Positions 10,575 to 21,171 of a DNA stretch of 64,000 nt are shown piece after piece. How positions within the stretch are numbered: the first letter of the stretch is position 1; the number at the start of each line of letters is the position of its first letter. Location: assembly GCA_027923505.1 (NCBI GenBank), contig BROI01000025.1:310001-374000 (forward strand), given 5' to 3'. The position numbers were made by a program, and so were the translations under genes. The notes under the pieces are model-generated. The model had not been told where the DNA came from. It did not search any database and saw nothing but the letters and a program-made list of their open reading frames with translations. Source of the stretch: Mayamaea pseudoterrestris (Eukaryota).

Positions 10575-11209
10575 TGCTTGTAATGATTCAATGATAGTAG
10601 TATTGTCGCTAAATGGTGCCAGAGAATAGCTTCTGTTGGCGAGAATGCAAGTTGAAGTAGAATAATGGTTCGCTACTGTTGGTCGTCGGAGTACAAGGCG
10701 CGTGCTGGTAGTAATTGCCTTGTGAACGATTAACCTGTCAACTCCGCCAACTTTCATCCACAAATAATGGAAGCTTCAGCACATATGCTGGATTCTGTTC
10801 TCTCGTGGATGCGCAAGAGGCAAGGCTGTTCGCTGCAAGAGTCCGGAGTCTTGATGACTTGTGGCGAGCGAAGATGCACATCACTGACGTCGGCCATTGA
10901 ATCATGTCGCACCGTTTATCGCAAGTCGTACCGGTTGTCTCAAGTACACTCTGACGCACAGTCGATTCGAAACGATGGAAGCCTCGCGCTTGCACCTCGC
11001 GCCGATCGATCATGCGACGACGAAAGATCGAACCACTTGGTGGCTCGCAATATCTTTGACTTGTATACAAGTAATCCTTGCTTACTTGCGAAACTGTCAT
11101 GGATTTCATCTGATCGATTTTTGGATCTGAAGCGGCAATTCACGTGATTTCAAGATTCAGCTGGAAGCTCTAAACTTGGGCCAACGTCCGAACGCAGCAA
11201 TCCATCATC

Positions 11210-14200
11210 ATGGTTGAATCATCACCAACGAATCGTACGGCAGCCGTCCGCAAGAGCCGCCTCCGACAGCGATCCTCCAATCCTGCTCCGACGGATATAA
11301 AGTTATCGAATACGAATAACAATGTCAATATCAACGAATCGAATGCAGCTACTCAATCTCCTACGCTGCAACAACGACGTCGAAAACGAGTCGCCTCCTC
11401 GTCCAATGCCCGACAAACATGCAAGTCGTTTGCTGCGAACAACGGGACATTGATACTAGTCACTATCTTTGTCATATTTTGGTTTGTCATGGCGTTTGCC
11501 TTTGTGTCGTATAGTCGAGGCAGAAACGAAATGAATGCTGCAGGCGGTGACAATTCCATTTCCAATTTTTTGCGAAAGCGCTTGACTTCCTTTCAAGACG
11601 GCAAGAGAATCAATCAACAAAGTAACTTATCTGCTGCCGCTTCATCATCTGAACTCATTGACATGCGCAAGCTCAACGCCGAGCTCGCCTTTGACAATAT
11701 AGACGGCGGCGTTTGGAAGCAAGGCTGGGACATTCAGCTTGACGAATCAAGCAACATCAAGCCACTCCAAATCTTTGTCGTTCCGCACTCACACAATGAT
11801 CCAGGCTGGATCAAAACCTTTGACGAGTACTTTCAGACGCAGACGAAGCAAATCATTGACACTGTTGTGGACGCTCTACTCGCCGATTCGAAGCGCACCT
11901 TTATATGGGCCGAAATTAGTTATTTGAGTTGGTGGTGGAACGATCAAACCGCGCCACGAAGAGAGCAGTTGCGCCAACTGCTGAAAAACAAGCAACTCGA
12001 GCTTGTCACTGGCGGCTGGGTGCAGCCCGACGAGGCCAACTCCGAGTACTACGCGCTGGAGGTGCAGTTGGTGGAGGGCCACGACTGGATTCGCGCCAAC
12101 CTTGGTGAGGAGTTTGTACCGCAATATGGCTGGGCCATTGATCCGTTTGGCTACTCACCGACCATGGCCTATCAGCTCAAGCGACACGGCTTCAAAGCCA
12201 TGCTCATTCAGCGGGTGCACTACGCGGTCAAGAAGCACTTGGCGTGGAACCAGCAGCTCGAGTTCAACTGGCGGCAAACCTGGGACAAAAGTGGCGAGCA
12301 TGACATGTTTACCCATTTGATGCCCTTTTATTCCTACGACGTGCCGCATACGTGTGGACCCGATCCGAGTGTATGTTGTCAGTTTGACTTTCATCGACTT
12401 CCAGTTGGACGTGGACCAGGTTGTCCCTGGGGCAAGGGTACGGTGGCGATTACACCAGCCAATGTGGCGGAGCGAGCAATGACGTTGCTGGATCAGTATC
12501 GAAAAAAGGCGCAATTGTATCGATCCAACGCCGTGCTCATTCCACTGGGCGATGACTTTCGATATCAGGACAAGGTGGAAGCGGAGAATCAGTTTACTAA
12601 CCATCAACTCATTCACGACTACATCAACCAGCATGTGCACGGAGTGGAAATCAAGTTTGCAACGCTGGGTCAGTACTTTGAAGCCGTCATGGGAACGTTT
12701 GAACCTCCGTTGTTGAAGGGGAGCTTCTTTACGTATTCGGACGTGAATGAAGATTACTGGAGTGGTTATTTCACGAGTCGCGTTTTTGACAAGGCGCTGG
12801 ATCGTCAGCTGGAACGCGTCTTGTTTGCGGCAGAATCGCTCAACGCGACCAAGGAGGAACTTCGGGAGGCACGTCGACAATTATCACTCTTTCAGCATCA
12901 CGATGGCGTGACGGGGACCGCAAAAGACCATGTTGTCGAGGACTATGCCAAGCGCATGTTTGAATCAGTGACGAAGACGCAGCAATGGATGTTAAACAAA
13001 GTAAAGGATGCGTTCCCGCAGGAAACTGGAGTTATTAACGATCTGAACCCTTGCTGGATCGCCGATGCGCCTCGAGGGTTGAGTCAAAATCTGTGCGGCG
13101 AAGAAGGGACCGTGATTGTTTATAATCCTCTGGAAACGACTCAAGCGTGCGGGCCTGTTGTTGTTCCAGGAAGACAGGCCAAGCTTGCGACATTGCCGTG
13201 CGAGGCTCCTGGCCCTGCGCCCGAGTCATTGATTCGAATGGAGTTCAATGCAACAACTGGCTTAATGACGCATCCGATAAAAGAAGAATGGAAATTTTGG
13301 AAAGTTCGTGCCGGTGGTGCTTACTTATTTGCTCCTGGCGATCAAAAAGATTACGACATGTCTGATGTCATCATAGAGGACGGCGGCTACGTTGTTTCGA
13401 CGCCTCAATGGAAACGGACCATTGTGGAGAAAAAGGTTTCCGGCGAGTTCGGCACCAAGGCGAGGGTTCTTGATTTTATTTACGAGTTCTACCTTGACAA
13501 GAACAATCAGGAATGGTTCATTCGCTTCAGCCGCGACATCAAGAACAATGGCATCTTTCATACTGATCTTAATGGATTTAACTTTGACACACACAAGTTC
13601 CGCGCCGACCTGCCAATTCAGAGTCAAGTGTATCCAATGCCGACGCTGGCGTCCATTGAAGACCAAAGGGTACGGATGAGCGTATTAAGCGAACATGCAC
13701 AAGGCACAGCGTCACTGGTAGATGGATCTATTGATGTTTGGTTGGATCGTCGTCTTCAGCAAGACGACAATCGAGGACTTGGACAAGGCGTGCAGGATAA
13801 TCGACCGACGCGAACACGGTTTCGCGTTCTGTTGGAGGCGGATGGTTTCATTCCAAGTGACTGGGAATTTGAAATCACGCCATTATGTCGGCGAATGTGG
13901 GAAGAACTCCAGCATCCTCTCGAACAATTCGGAATGCATTCGGTCGCATTATCACCCGCAAATGAGATCATGCTCCAGAAGGCCAAGCAGAACCGGGCAA
14001 GGATACGTGAGCGGCAACAGAGAGAAATAATTACTGCCAAACAACCCCGTAGCCTTGCAAAACTTCCGTTTCCGGCCAACGCCAAGGCATTTTCTGTTTG
14101 GAACAATATAAAAAGGCTAGTGCCGTTTGGGGAGCAGCGCCTATCTGATGTTGTTCGTTCAACTAAGAAAGTCCCGTTCGTATACATGGTCTATAAGAGG

Positions 14201-15124
14201 GTAGACTACCTGAAGAAGGCAATTGAATCGCTTCGCATATCCGACTATCCAAAAGAGAGGGTGCCACTAATCATTTCACACGATGGTCACGTGCCTGAAG
14301 TTGTTAGCTACGTTGAGTCGTTGAAAGGCGAATTCCAAATTATCCAGCTCTTCCATCCTCACTCATGTTACGAGCATCCCGACACATTTCCTGGCGATGA
14401 CCCAAAATTAAACGAAAAGTACCAAGGCGACGGCTACGGCAATCCAAGATCAGCTTGGGTCACATGCTGCAAGCATCATTTTACATGGATGTTACATACA
14501 GTGTTTGATACACTTGAGATCAAGAACGACGACGGAAGCAAGGTTGACACGTTTTTGTTTCTAGAAGAAGATTATGTTGTTGGGCCGACAGTTTACCGAG
14601 CTATTATAGCCGGCCTCGAAGTCGTTGCTCACAATGGGGACCTATTCTTTGGAGTCGGGCTCGATCCTTCCGATGGTAACGCAAAGTCAGAGCCGTATTG
14701 GATTCCGAGAGATTCTTGGTTCGCCGACACCTTTCACTCGGGGCCAATGACGCTGAGTCGGTCCATGTACGAAAGGATACAACAAAATGCAGTGCATTAC
14801 TGCCGCTTCGACGACTACAATTGGGATTGGTCGTTGGTGCATCTCATGGGTGAGAATCTGTTGCCGCATGCAATTTTATTGCCGCGAAGCGCGGTGGCAC
14901 GACACATTGGAGTTGCCGACGGCATGCATACCAAGCAGCTTGCCGAATATGGCCCTAATTTTTACACTCTGAAGATCAACTTTCTTGGCTCGCGAGGATT
15001 GGATACGCGTAATTTAAACCCTGAGCGAGCGGTTCATCGACGCGGCTATGGCGGCTGGTCGCATCCTATGGACCAAGAACACTGCATGACGTTGCTGTCG
15101 TCGTCGTCAACAATCAATGTTTGA
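11210..15124 (+). CDS. Golgi alpha-mannosidase II (GH38) fused to a C-terminal GnT-II/MGAT2 (GT16) domain
   Basis: Type II TM anchor. GH38 motifs VVPHSHNDPGW, WAIDPFG, HTCGPDPSVCCQFDF, YWSGYFTSR, FQHHDGVTGT. From ~14170, GT16 motifs SHDG, FPGDDP, KHHFTW, FLEEDY, DDYNWDWSL, GGWSHPMDQEHC. Confidence 0.9.
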   Translation: MVESSPTNRTAAVRKSRLRQRSSNPAPTDIKLSNTNNNVNINESNAATQSPTLQQRRRKRVASSSNARQTCKSFAANNGTLILVTIFVIFWFVMAFAFVSYSRGRNEMNAAGGDNSISNFLRKRLTSFQDGKRINQQSNLSAAASSSELIDMRKLNAELAFDNIDGGVWKQGWDIQLDESSNIKPLQIFVVPHSHNDPGWIKTFDEYFQTQTKQIIDTVVDALLADSKRTFIWAEISYLSWWWNDQTAPRREQLRQLLKNKQLELVTGGWVQPDEANSEYYALEVQLVEGHDWIRANLGEEFVPQYGWAIDPFGYSPTMAYQLKRHGFKAMLIQRVHYAVKKHLAWNQQLEFNWRQTWDKSGEHDMFTHLMPFYSYDVPHTCGPDPSVCCQFDFHRLPVGRGPGCPWGKGTVAITPANVAERAMTLLDQYRKKAQLYRSNAVLIPLGDDFRYQDKVEAENQFTNHQLIHDYINQHVHGVEIKFATLGQYFEAVMGTFEPPLLKGSFFTYSDVNEDYWSGYFTSRVFDKALDRQLERVLFAAESLNATKEELREARRQLSLFQHHDGVTGTAKDHVVEDYAKRMFESVTKTQQWMLNKVKDAFPQETGVINDLNPCWIADAPRGLSQNLCGEEGTVIVYNPLETTQACGPVVVPGRQAKLATLPCEAPGPAPESLIRMEFNATTGLMTHPIKEEWKFWKVRAGGAYLFAPGDQKDYDMSDVIIEDGGYVVSTPQWKRTIVEKKVSGEFGTKARVLDFIYEFYLDKNNQEWFIRFSRDIKNNGIFHTDLNGFNFDTHKFRADLPIQSQVYPMPTLASIEDQRVRMSVLSEHAQGTASLVDGSIDVWLDRRLQQDDNRGLGQGVQDNRPTRTRFRVLLEADGFIPSDWEFEITPLCRRMWEELQHPLEQFGMHSVALSPANEIMLQKAKQNRARIRERQQREIITAKQPRSLAKLPFPANAKAFSVWNNIKRLVPFGEQRLSDVVRSTKKVPFVYMVYKRVDYLKKAIESLRISDYPKERVPLIISHDGHVPEVVSYVESLKGEFQIIQLFHPHSCYEHPDTFPGDDPKLNEKYQGDGYGNPRSAWVTCCKHHFTWMLHTVFDTLEIKNDDGSKVDTFLFLEEDYVVGPTVYRAIIAGLEVVAHNGDLFFGVGLDPSDGNAKSEPYWIPRDSWFADTFHSGPMTLSRSMYERIQQNAVHYCRFDDYNWDWSLVHLMGENLLPHAILLPRSAVARHIGVADGMHTKQLAEYGPNFYTLKINFLGSRGLDTRNLNPERAVHRRGYGGWSHPMDQEHCMTLLSSSSTINV

Positions 15125-15195
15125 TCACTTGTCACCAAGTCTACTTTCTGTTAGAGGCTGCACGAGCATTCGTTCGACGCAGAATCTACCATCAA

Positions 15196-15682
15196 TTATA
15201 GAGTGTCTGGCAACATTTTCTGCCCAAAGAGACGTCTGAATAATGCCAAACTAATTTCATAAATACCTGGGCAGTCGCCTTCTCTCGGACCGGCGCAATT
15301 GAGCACCATGATGTGATTCGCTTCAATCCAAGAATTGATCATTCCCAAGCTGTTCTTGTTCATATTCGCCAAGTCAATCACATACAATGGTTTCTTGTGC
15401 TTCTTTGCTAATTCCAATGTCAGTCGAGTTCCGCCAGCCAGATTTTGCATGTACATAATCAGTGTTCCATCCGAGTTTAGCACGTTACGCTCCGTGCGTT
15501 CGCTGTAGTCGTTTGTTTCAGTTTCTTGCAGTTGATCATATCGCTGAGGAATTCTCCCATCCTCCGCTCGCCGGCCCTTGGGACACCATCCAGCCCCCGT
15601 AGTCAATGCCAAACACCATGGCAGCATCCAGAGCGGCGCGGTCGACTCCAGTTTGGCCGCCCGAAACGACTCGTTGCATCAT
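15196..15682 (-). pseudogene. Putative molybdenum-carrier / YpsA-like SLOG-family gene, frameshifted
   Basis: [28 protein letters not shown] in one frame continues as [18 protein letters not shown]....Y.ERTERNVLNSDGTL..GGT..T...LNCAGPRE in another frame. An extra 4 nt (ATGG, 15589-15586) separates them. Confidence 0.8.
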
Positions 15683-15935
15683 GTTGGCTACTTTGTGGTA
15701 TCTATCATTGGCGACTTGTTTGTTCGATGCGAATGCGATCGAATCGCATGACGGATGACGGAACGCCCACCTTGCGACCAAGCAAGTAACTATTTAGTAC
15801 CGGTAGGACTTTATCCAACTTACCGCTTTACTGAGCTCTCGAAACCGTCCATCCTGCTGCACGCAGATTTTGTCTCATACAATTTCTTCAGTTTTCGTGT
15901 TTGACTTCAAAATACGACAGGCATAACCCATCACC

Positions 15936-16355
15936 ATGTTCATTCCCAAGGATAAGCGCATCGCTGTCTTCAGCTACCTCTTCAAGGAAGGTGTCCTCGT
16001 CGTCAAGAAGGACACTCGCTCGCAGACTCACCCTCAAATCGAAGGCCCGACCAACTTGGAGGTCCTCATGCTGGTCAAGTCGCTCGAAAGCAAGGGATTC
16101 GTGCGCGTCACCTTTAGCTGGCAGTACAACTACGTCTACTTGACGGACGCCGGTATTGAATACTTGCGCTCCTACTTGGCGCTGCCGGCCGAGATTGTGC
16201 CACTCACGCACCGCCACCAGCCGACCCGGCCCGCCATGCGCGAGTCGGAGGACGACAAGGCGGCCGGTGGAGGCGGACGTCCCGCCTTTCGCGGCGGTGA
16301 CCGCGAGTACCGTGGGCGTGGTGAAGGCGGCTTTGGACGTGGCGGTGGTGTCTAA
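15936..16355 (+). CDS. RPS10: 40S ribosomal protein S10 (eS10)
   Basis: YLFKEGVLVVKKD...NLEVLMLVKSLESKGFV...FSWQYNYVYLTDAGIEYLRSYLALPAEIVPLT, RGG-rich tail. Confidence 0.97.
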   Translation: MFIPKDKRIAVFSYLFKEGVLVVKKDTRSQTHPQIEGPTNLEVLMLVKSLESKGFVRVTFSWQYNYVYLTDAGIEYLRSYLALPAEIVPLTHRHQPTRPAMRESEDDKAAGGGGRPAFRGGDREYRGRGEGGFGRGGGV

Positions 16356-16902
16356 GTGGCTTGGTTGTTTGTTGCGGTCAAGCTGCAGCAACAGGCTATC
16401 TGTTCATTGGCTTCTCTAGACGTAACTACCGCTAGTACATTAGTAAACGCCATGGCGCTGTTTGAATCTAGTCTTTAGAAAATGTAATGGGGAGTGTGCG
16501 CCGCTTTTTTTAGTTGGATTGGTCAGCTACAGGAATGGTGTGGGACGATATTTTCTCCATAATTGACACATTGCTGCTTACGATGCATTCTTTCTTATAA
16601 CCAAAATTGATTCTTATAATCGTTATAAGTCTATGTCTCTTGTTGTATTGCTTTTATGCCTCGTTGATTCGTCGGTTGTAACCGTTGCTGCTGCGAATTG
16701 GACTCGTGTGGTCATTGCATGGTCGGCGGCAAGGTTGTTGGTCATTGTTCACGTTCATTTTGCTTGTCGATCAGTCCTTAGAGTATTGTCATTTGTACAG
16801 ATTAGGCTTTGATCTCTTGAGTCTCGTCGTGTCGGTATATGCAGTCGCTTGTATGCCATAATATGATTTGGCGGCATGATCATAAAATACAGATTCTCAT
16901 TC

Positions 16903-17799
16903 TTACGACTTTCCATTGCCTCCACCATACCCCATCATGTAGCTCGCAATCCATCTCCAAAATCCAATAATAATCAAACTATCCAATATATAGTCCACAT
17001 CACCCTTGGTGAATCCATTCCACTCCATGGGCGACGTTTGCAGTATAGCATCGTTCAACCAACTCGTCGTGGCCACCAAATACAGCATGATGGCACACGT
17101 GATTATCCACGCCTTGGCCGTGACGCGCAGCGCCTGCTCGGTGGAGCATTCCAGCGTGTTGCGATGCAAAAAGGCGCCCTGCAGCCAGCCGCCCACGAGC
17201 CAGGCCGACGCCAAGACGCAGCAGGCGACGCCGACGGGTTGCAGCAGCGGCGAGTAGTTTGACACCAAGTGGGACTCGTGTAACACGTGCAGCACGTTGG
17301 GAGCGTAGGAGTGGGATGGGTCCAGCCAGACTGGGTGATTCACGACGGCCAGTGATGGCGGCGGCGATGCAACGGAAAGGAGCGACATGATGGCATTGGT
17401 ACTGCCGCCGCCATCACTTGCGGCGGCAAGTGCAATACTGGTAGAAGCAGACTGCGCCGCTACTTCGGCTGATTTTTGAGCAGTTGCAATGGCAAGATCG
17501 TGACAGACAAAGTGATCCGTAAAGCCGTAGACAAAAATGGACATTAAATCGCCCGCCAAAATCAAGTGATCCTCCGGTGGAGGCGGCAAGGAAAAGAGAG
17601 GTAGCTGCAGCCAATTTTCGTTATCGTCTGGACTTGGAACATCCGACATGAAGAGGCGAGTCGAAGATTGTTTCAGAAATACTGCTGGTTTTGTGAAACT
17701 TGTTCGTGATGGGGCTATGAGTGATGTCAAGGCGAAACATTGCGATGCGAGTAACGTCAAAGCAATGACCTTCATTCGGTTGGATGTAAGGATCATCAT
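16903..17799 (-). CDS. Plastid-targeted multi-pass membrane protein (possibly DUF3054-like)
   Basis: MKVIALTLLASQCFA signal peptide and Ser/Thr/Arg-rich transit-like region (start 17799 or 17775). LAGDLMSIFVYG and AWLVGGWLQGAF..AL....KAW helices. The family assignment is tentative. Confidence 0.65.
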   Translation of the reverse strand: MMILTSNRMKVIALTLLASQCFALTSLIAPSRTSFTKPAVFLKQSSTRLFMSDVPSPDDNENWLQLPLFSLPPPPEDHLILAGDLMSIFVYGFTDHFVCHDLAIATAQKSAEVAAQSASTSIALAAASDGGGSTNAIMSLLSVASPPPSLAVVNHPVWLDPSHSYAPNVLHVLHESHLVSNYSPLLQPVGVACCVLASAWLVGGWLQGAFLHRNTLECSTEQALRVTAKAWIITCAIMLYLVATTSWLNDAILQTSPMEWNGFTKGDVDYILDSLIIIGFWRWIASYMMGYGGGNGKS

Positions 17800-18130
17800 T
17801 TCCTCCTGACGGATAGTTGCTGCATCAATCAAAGACAACAAGAGCGAGGAGGACACAGATTCGCTCCAAGACGACCTGGGTCTTAAATTGCCAAGCAATA
17901 ACAAAGATTGCGAGAGATGTCGGCCAGCTGACTTTCGTGAAGTCGTTTTCGTCGTTCGAACTTCTTCAAGCAATTGCCCACGTCACGCGTCACGCTTTTC
18001 AGTCGCGCTTGACAAAATCTAAGTTTCCATCGAGTTTCGCTCTTTTGCGAACCATCACCATGGCAAGCACATTGCGCAATGCGTTGAAGAATAACCCTTT
18101 TCGTCTCCAAATCTTAATATTGCGTACAGT

Positions 18131-19906
18131 ATGCTGACTCGATTCTCCAATCAAGCGCGAGCTGTAAAGCCGCGTCTTTCATGTCCGACGCGGCAGAGTA
18201 GCGCCTTGATTGCAGCGACGAGCAACGATTTGCGAACCCTTTCGCTACACGAGGCACGCAAACGCACCGCCGTCGTGACCAGCACTCAGCAGCTACGTTT
18301 TCTGAGCGAGCCTCCCATGCCGCCGCGTAGTACCAACATGTCTGGAGCGAACGCGACGAATACTAACTCAACGACGACGACGGCCAATGACAACTACGAC
18401 TGGCTGTCGCCGCAGAATACGCTGATTGCCTTGCTACTGAGCGGAGGCGCGTACTACTACTACGGAACCTACTACAAGCAACACCGCGAGCCAGCCGTGG
18501 CGACGCAAGTCATTCCCAAGGCCACGGAAGCAATGGACAAGATTGTTACCGTGGTGCAGGAGCAAGTGGGACCCTACGGCGTGGACGTGACGCAGGATCG
18601 GCTCTACTACGACATGAATGCCGCCGTCAAGCAGTACGCCAGCTCGTCCAGCGCCAAGTATCATGCTATGTTGCAGGAGATTCTTGCGGAGCATGAGCGC
18701 GAGCAGGCCAACGTTCATGCGGAGCATGATGTAGCCATTGTCAAGGTGCAAACGGACCATGCACTGGCCATGACCAAGGCTGCCTCCGGTGACAATCCGG
18801 AGCTGGTGGAAGTTGGCATGGAGATTGCCAATGCCAAGCGGGATGCCAATTTAAAGTATTACGACGAAATTAAGGAGTACCGCCTCAAGCATGCGCAAGA
18901 GGTTCGTCAAGCCCGCGTGGATGCGGCGAAAAAAATCAAGGCGGCGAGCGACGCCACCAAGTCAAACATGGAGCTGGCGCTGCAAAAGTTTGCCAAGGCC
19001 CAAGCGGACGCGCAGAAAAAGTTTGACGCGGACATGGCGGATGCCACGAGCTTGGTGGATCAGGCGCGGCAGGATGCCTTGGACATGGCGACCAAGTTCA
19101 AGAATAATGCATTGATCAAGGCATTGGTCGCCAAGGAGCAAGCGGATGATGCAGCCATGCGGGCGGAGCAGGATGCCATTGCCAAGGCAAATAAGGTTAT
19201 GGAGGCTACGATTGCAGCCAGTGAACGATCCGTCAAGAACTACATGCATGCGCAGGAGGAGTATTTGGAAGCAATCTTGGCAACGTATGCCGACATGGCG
19301 CAGCACAAGGCCAAACTGGCCAAGGCAAACTTGTTGGGAAAGAGTGATCCGGCCTACTTGGAAGCGATTCGTTTACTGGATAACACGAGGGACGTTGCCA
19401 TATCCGCCGCCGAGGCGACGCGCGACAAGGCTCTGGAAGGCATTGAGTATGCCAAGAAGGAACTCTTAGACAAGGCACTTACAAGTGTAGACGATGCCAT
19501 GAGCTCCACGCTAGGTGGCATTGTCAACTCGCTCTACTCGCTCAAGACGGCGGCGGTGGACGAAGTCAAGCGGGATGCAAGTGCTGTCATGTCCAAGCTG
19601 AGCTCTGAAAAAAAGCAGATTGCCAAGTGGTATCGCGACAGTGTCGATGGAGCCATTAGGGAATACAAGAAAGAGATTGCGGCAATCAAGGAGACGTATA
19701 ACAAGGCATACACGGAGGCAAGTGCCAAAAAGGGAGCAGCAAAAGAGCGCGCACTGAAGGCAATCCAGGAGCAGCGGGATGCCGACGAAGCACGAGCCGA
19801 AAGAATGATGAAGCAAATTAAGGATGCTGCGACAAAGTCCAAGGAACATTCGGACAAGCAAATTGCGGATATGGAAGCCTATTTTAGGGATCTGGACTCA
19901 CAGTAA
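18131..19906 (+). CDS. Mitochondrial-type presequence, single TM, long Ala/Lys/Glu/Asp-rich coiled-coil protein
   Basis: 591-aa ORF. Arg/Ser-rich N-terminus ending LRFLS; TM LIALLLSGGAYYYYGTYY; about 450 aa of predicted helix. Confidence 0.75.
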   Translation: MLTRFSNQARAVKPRLSCPTRQSSALIAATSNDLRTLSLHEARKRTAVVTSTQQLRFLSEPPMPPRSTNMSGANATNTNSTTTTANDNYDWLSPQNTLIALLLSGGAYYYYGTYYKQHREPAVATQVIPKATEAMDKIVTVVQEQVGPYGVDVTQDRLYYDMNAAVKQYASSSSAKYHAMLQEILAEHEREQANVHAEHDVAIVKVQTDHALAMTKAASGDNPELVEVGMEIANAKRDANLKYYDEIKEYRLKHAQEVRQARVDAAKKIKAASDATKSNMELALQKFAKAQADAQKKFDADMADATSLVDQARQDALDMATKFKNNALIKALVAKEQADDAAMRAEQDAIAKANKVMEATIAASERSVKNYMHAQEEYLEAILATYADMAQHKAKLAKANLLGKSDPAYLEAIRLLDNTRDVAISAAEATRDKALEGIEYAKKELLDKALTSVDDAMSSTLGGIVNSLYSLKTAAVDEVKRDASAVMSKLSSEKKQIAKWYRDSVDGAIREYKKEIAAIKETYNKAYTEASAKKGAAKERALKAIQEQRDADEARAERMMKQIKDAATKSKEHSDKQIADMEAYFRDLDSQ

Positions 19907-20178
19907 TTTGCTACGTAAATTTGAACAGCGTGATATGCGGGTCTACATTTCTTTAAAGAATACATCCATAAATTTAGCTATGCATTAGTACCTACGTATT
20001 GAAAAAGTGCGTTTCTGTGCGAGGACTAACTGTCATTGCAATGAGCCGCTCGTACATTTTGATGAACGCCGGATAGTCATATGATACGAGAACGGTAGCT
20101 TTTGAAACCAGTGCGACGCAAAAAACGACGACTTTCATCTTGCATAATGGCGACAGAAGATGCGAGTCCATCACAGCA

Positions 20179-21042
20179 ATGCTTCAATTCGTGCAACCTC
20201 AGCTAGCTGGTCAATTGAAGAGGCAATGTCGATGTTTTGCTTCCTCCTCCGATGCGCAAAGAAAAGTGGCGCTTGTCATGGGCGTCGCGAACAAGCGATC
20301 AATTGCTTGGGCGACCGTTCAATCTTTCCTTCGCGATAACGATGATGTCGATTGCATCGTAACGTATCAGTCGGAGCGATATCAATCAATAGTACAAAAA
20401 TTAATAGAGGGAAATGGAAGAATACTGGGTGCGATTCCGATAGATCTCCAGACGGATCTGCCGCGCTTGTTTACTCAAGACTTGCCGGAATTGATGAACG
20501 ACAATCACAAAATCCATGCCATTGTGCATTCTATAGCCTACGGGAACTTGCAGAGATCCTTCTTACAAGCATCTTGGAACGATTATGCTCAAGCCCAGCA
20601 TATCAGTGCTTATTCACTCTTGGAGACTGCTCGTTGCGCGCTGCAGAATTCTCATTTACTTTCACAAGACGGTCCATCGCTCACTGCCCTCTCTTATCTT
20701 GGCGCAGTCCGCGCCGTTCCCAATTACAACATTATGGGACCCGCCAAGGCATCGTTAGAAGCTATTGTGAGGGCTCTTGCCGCCGAGCAAGACGTTTTGC
20801 GCGTCAATGCCGTTTCGGCTGGCCCGATTCAAACAGTTTCGGCAAGGTCCATTCCTGGGTTTCAACTGCTCTACCAACAAACGAATAAGCGAAACGTTAC
20901 GGCTGATCAAGTTGGCGATACCATCCGCTTTCTGTCGACGCATGGGACTGGCATTAATGGACAAGTCATTTACGTTGATGGCGGCTATAGTAGCAGAGTT
21001 GATTTGCAAGAGACTGTGGGTGGCGCGGACGAAAAGGAGTGA
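20179..21042 (+). CDS. fabI: Enoyl-ACP reductase, FabI-type SDR
   Basis: VMGVANKRSIAW, VHSIAY, ISAYSL, LSYLGAVRAVPNYNIMGPAKASLE (catalytic Y..K), RVNAVSAGPIQT, GQVIYVDGG. Confidence 0.9.
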   Translation: MLQFVQPQLAGQLKRQCRCFASSSDAQRKVALVMGVANKRSIAWATVQSFLRDNDDVDCIVTYQSERYQSIVQKLIEGNGRILGAIPIDLQTDLPRLFTQDLPELMNDNHKIHAIVHSIAYGNLQRSFLQASWNDYAQAQHISAYSLLETARCALQNSHLLSQDGPSLTALSYLGAVRAVPNYNIMGPAKASLEAIVRALAAEQDVLRVNAVSAGPIQTVSARSIPGFQLLYQQTNKRNVTADQVGDTIRFLSTHGTGINGQVIYVDGGYSSRVDLQETVGGADEKE

Positions 21043-21171
21043 TTGGCGACAGCTTCGAGGGCATTTGCGCTAAGGGTATAAAAGCAGTAGTGTATATTTT
21101 ACAAACATTCATTTTTTAAGATAATGTACATGAATTATATGGTTTTAACACTAGAACATTGGTGTTGCAAT

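Noticed and set aside
15888..16391. 167-aa antisense ORF over RPS10
   Set aside because: Antisense shadow of a highly codon-biased gene.
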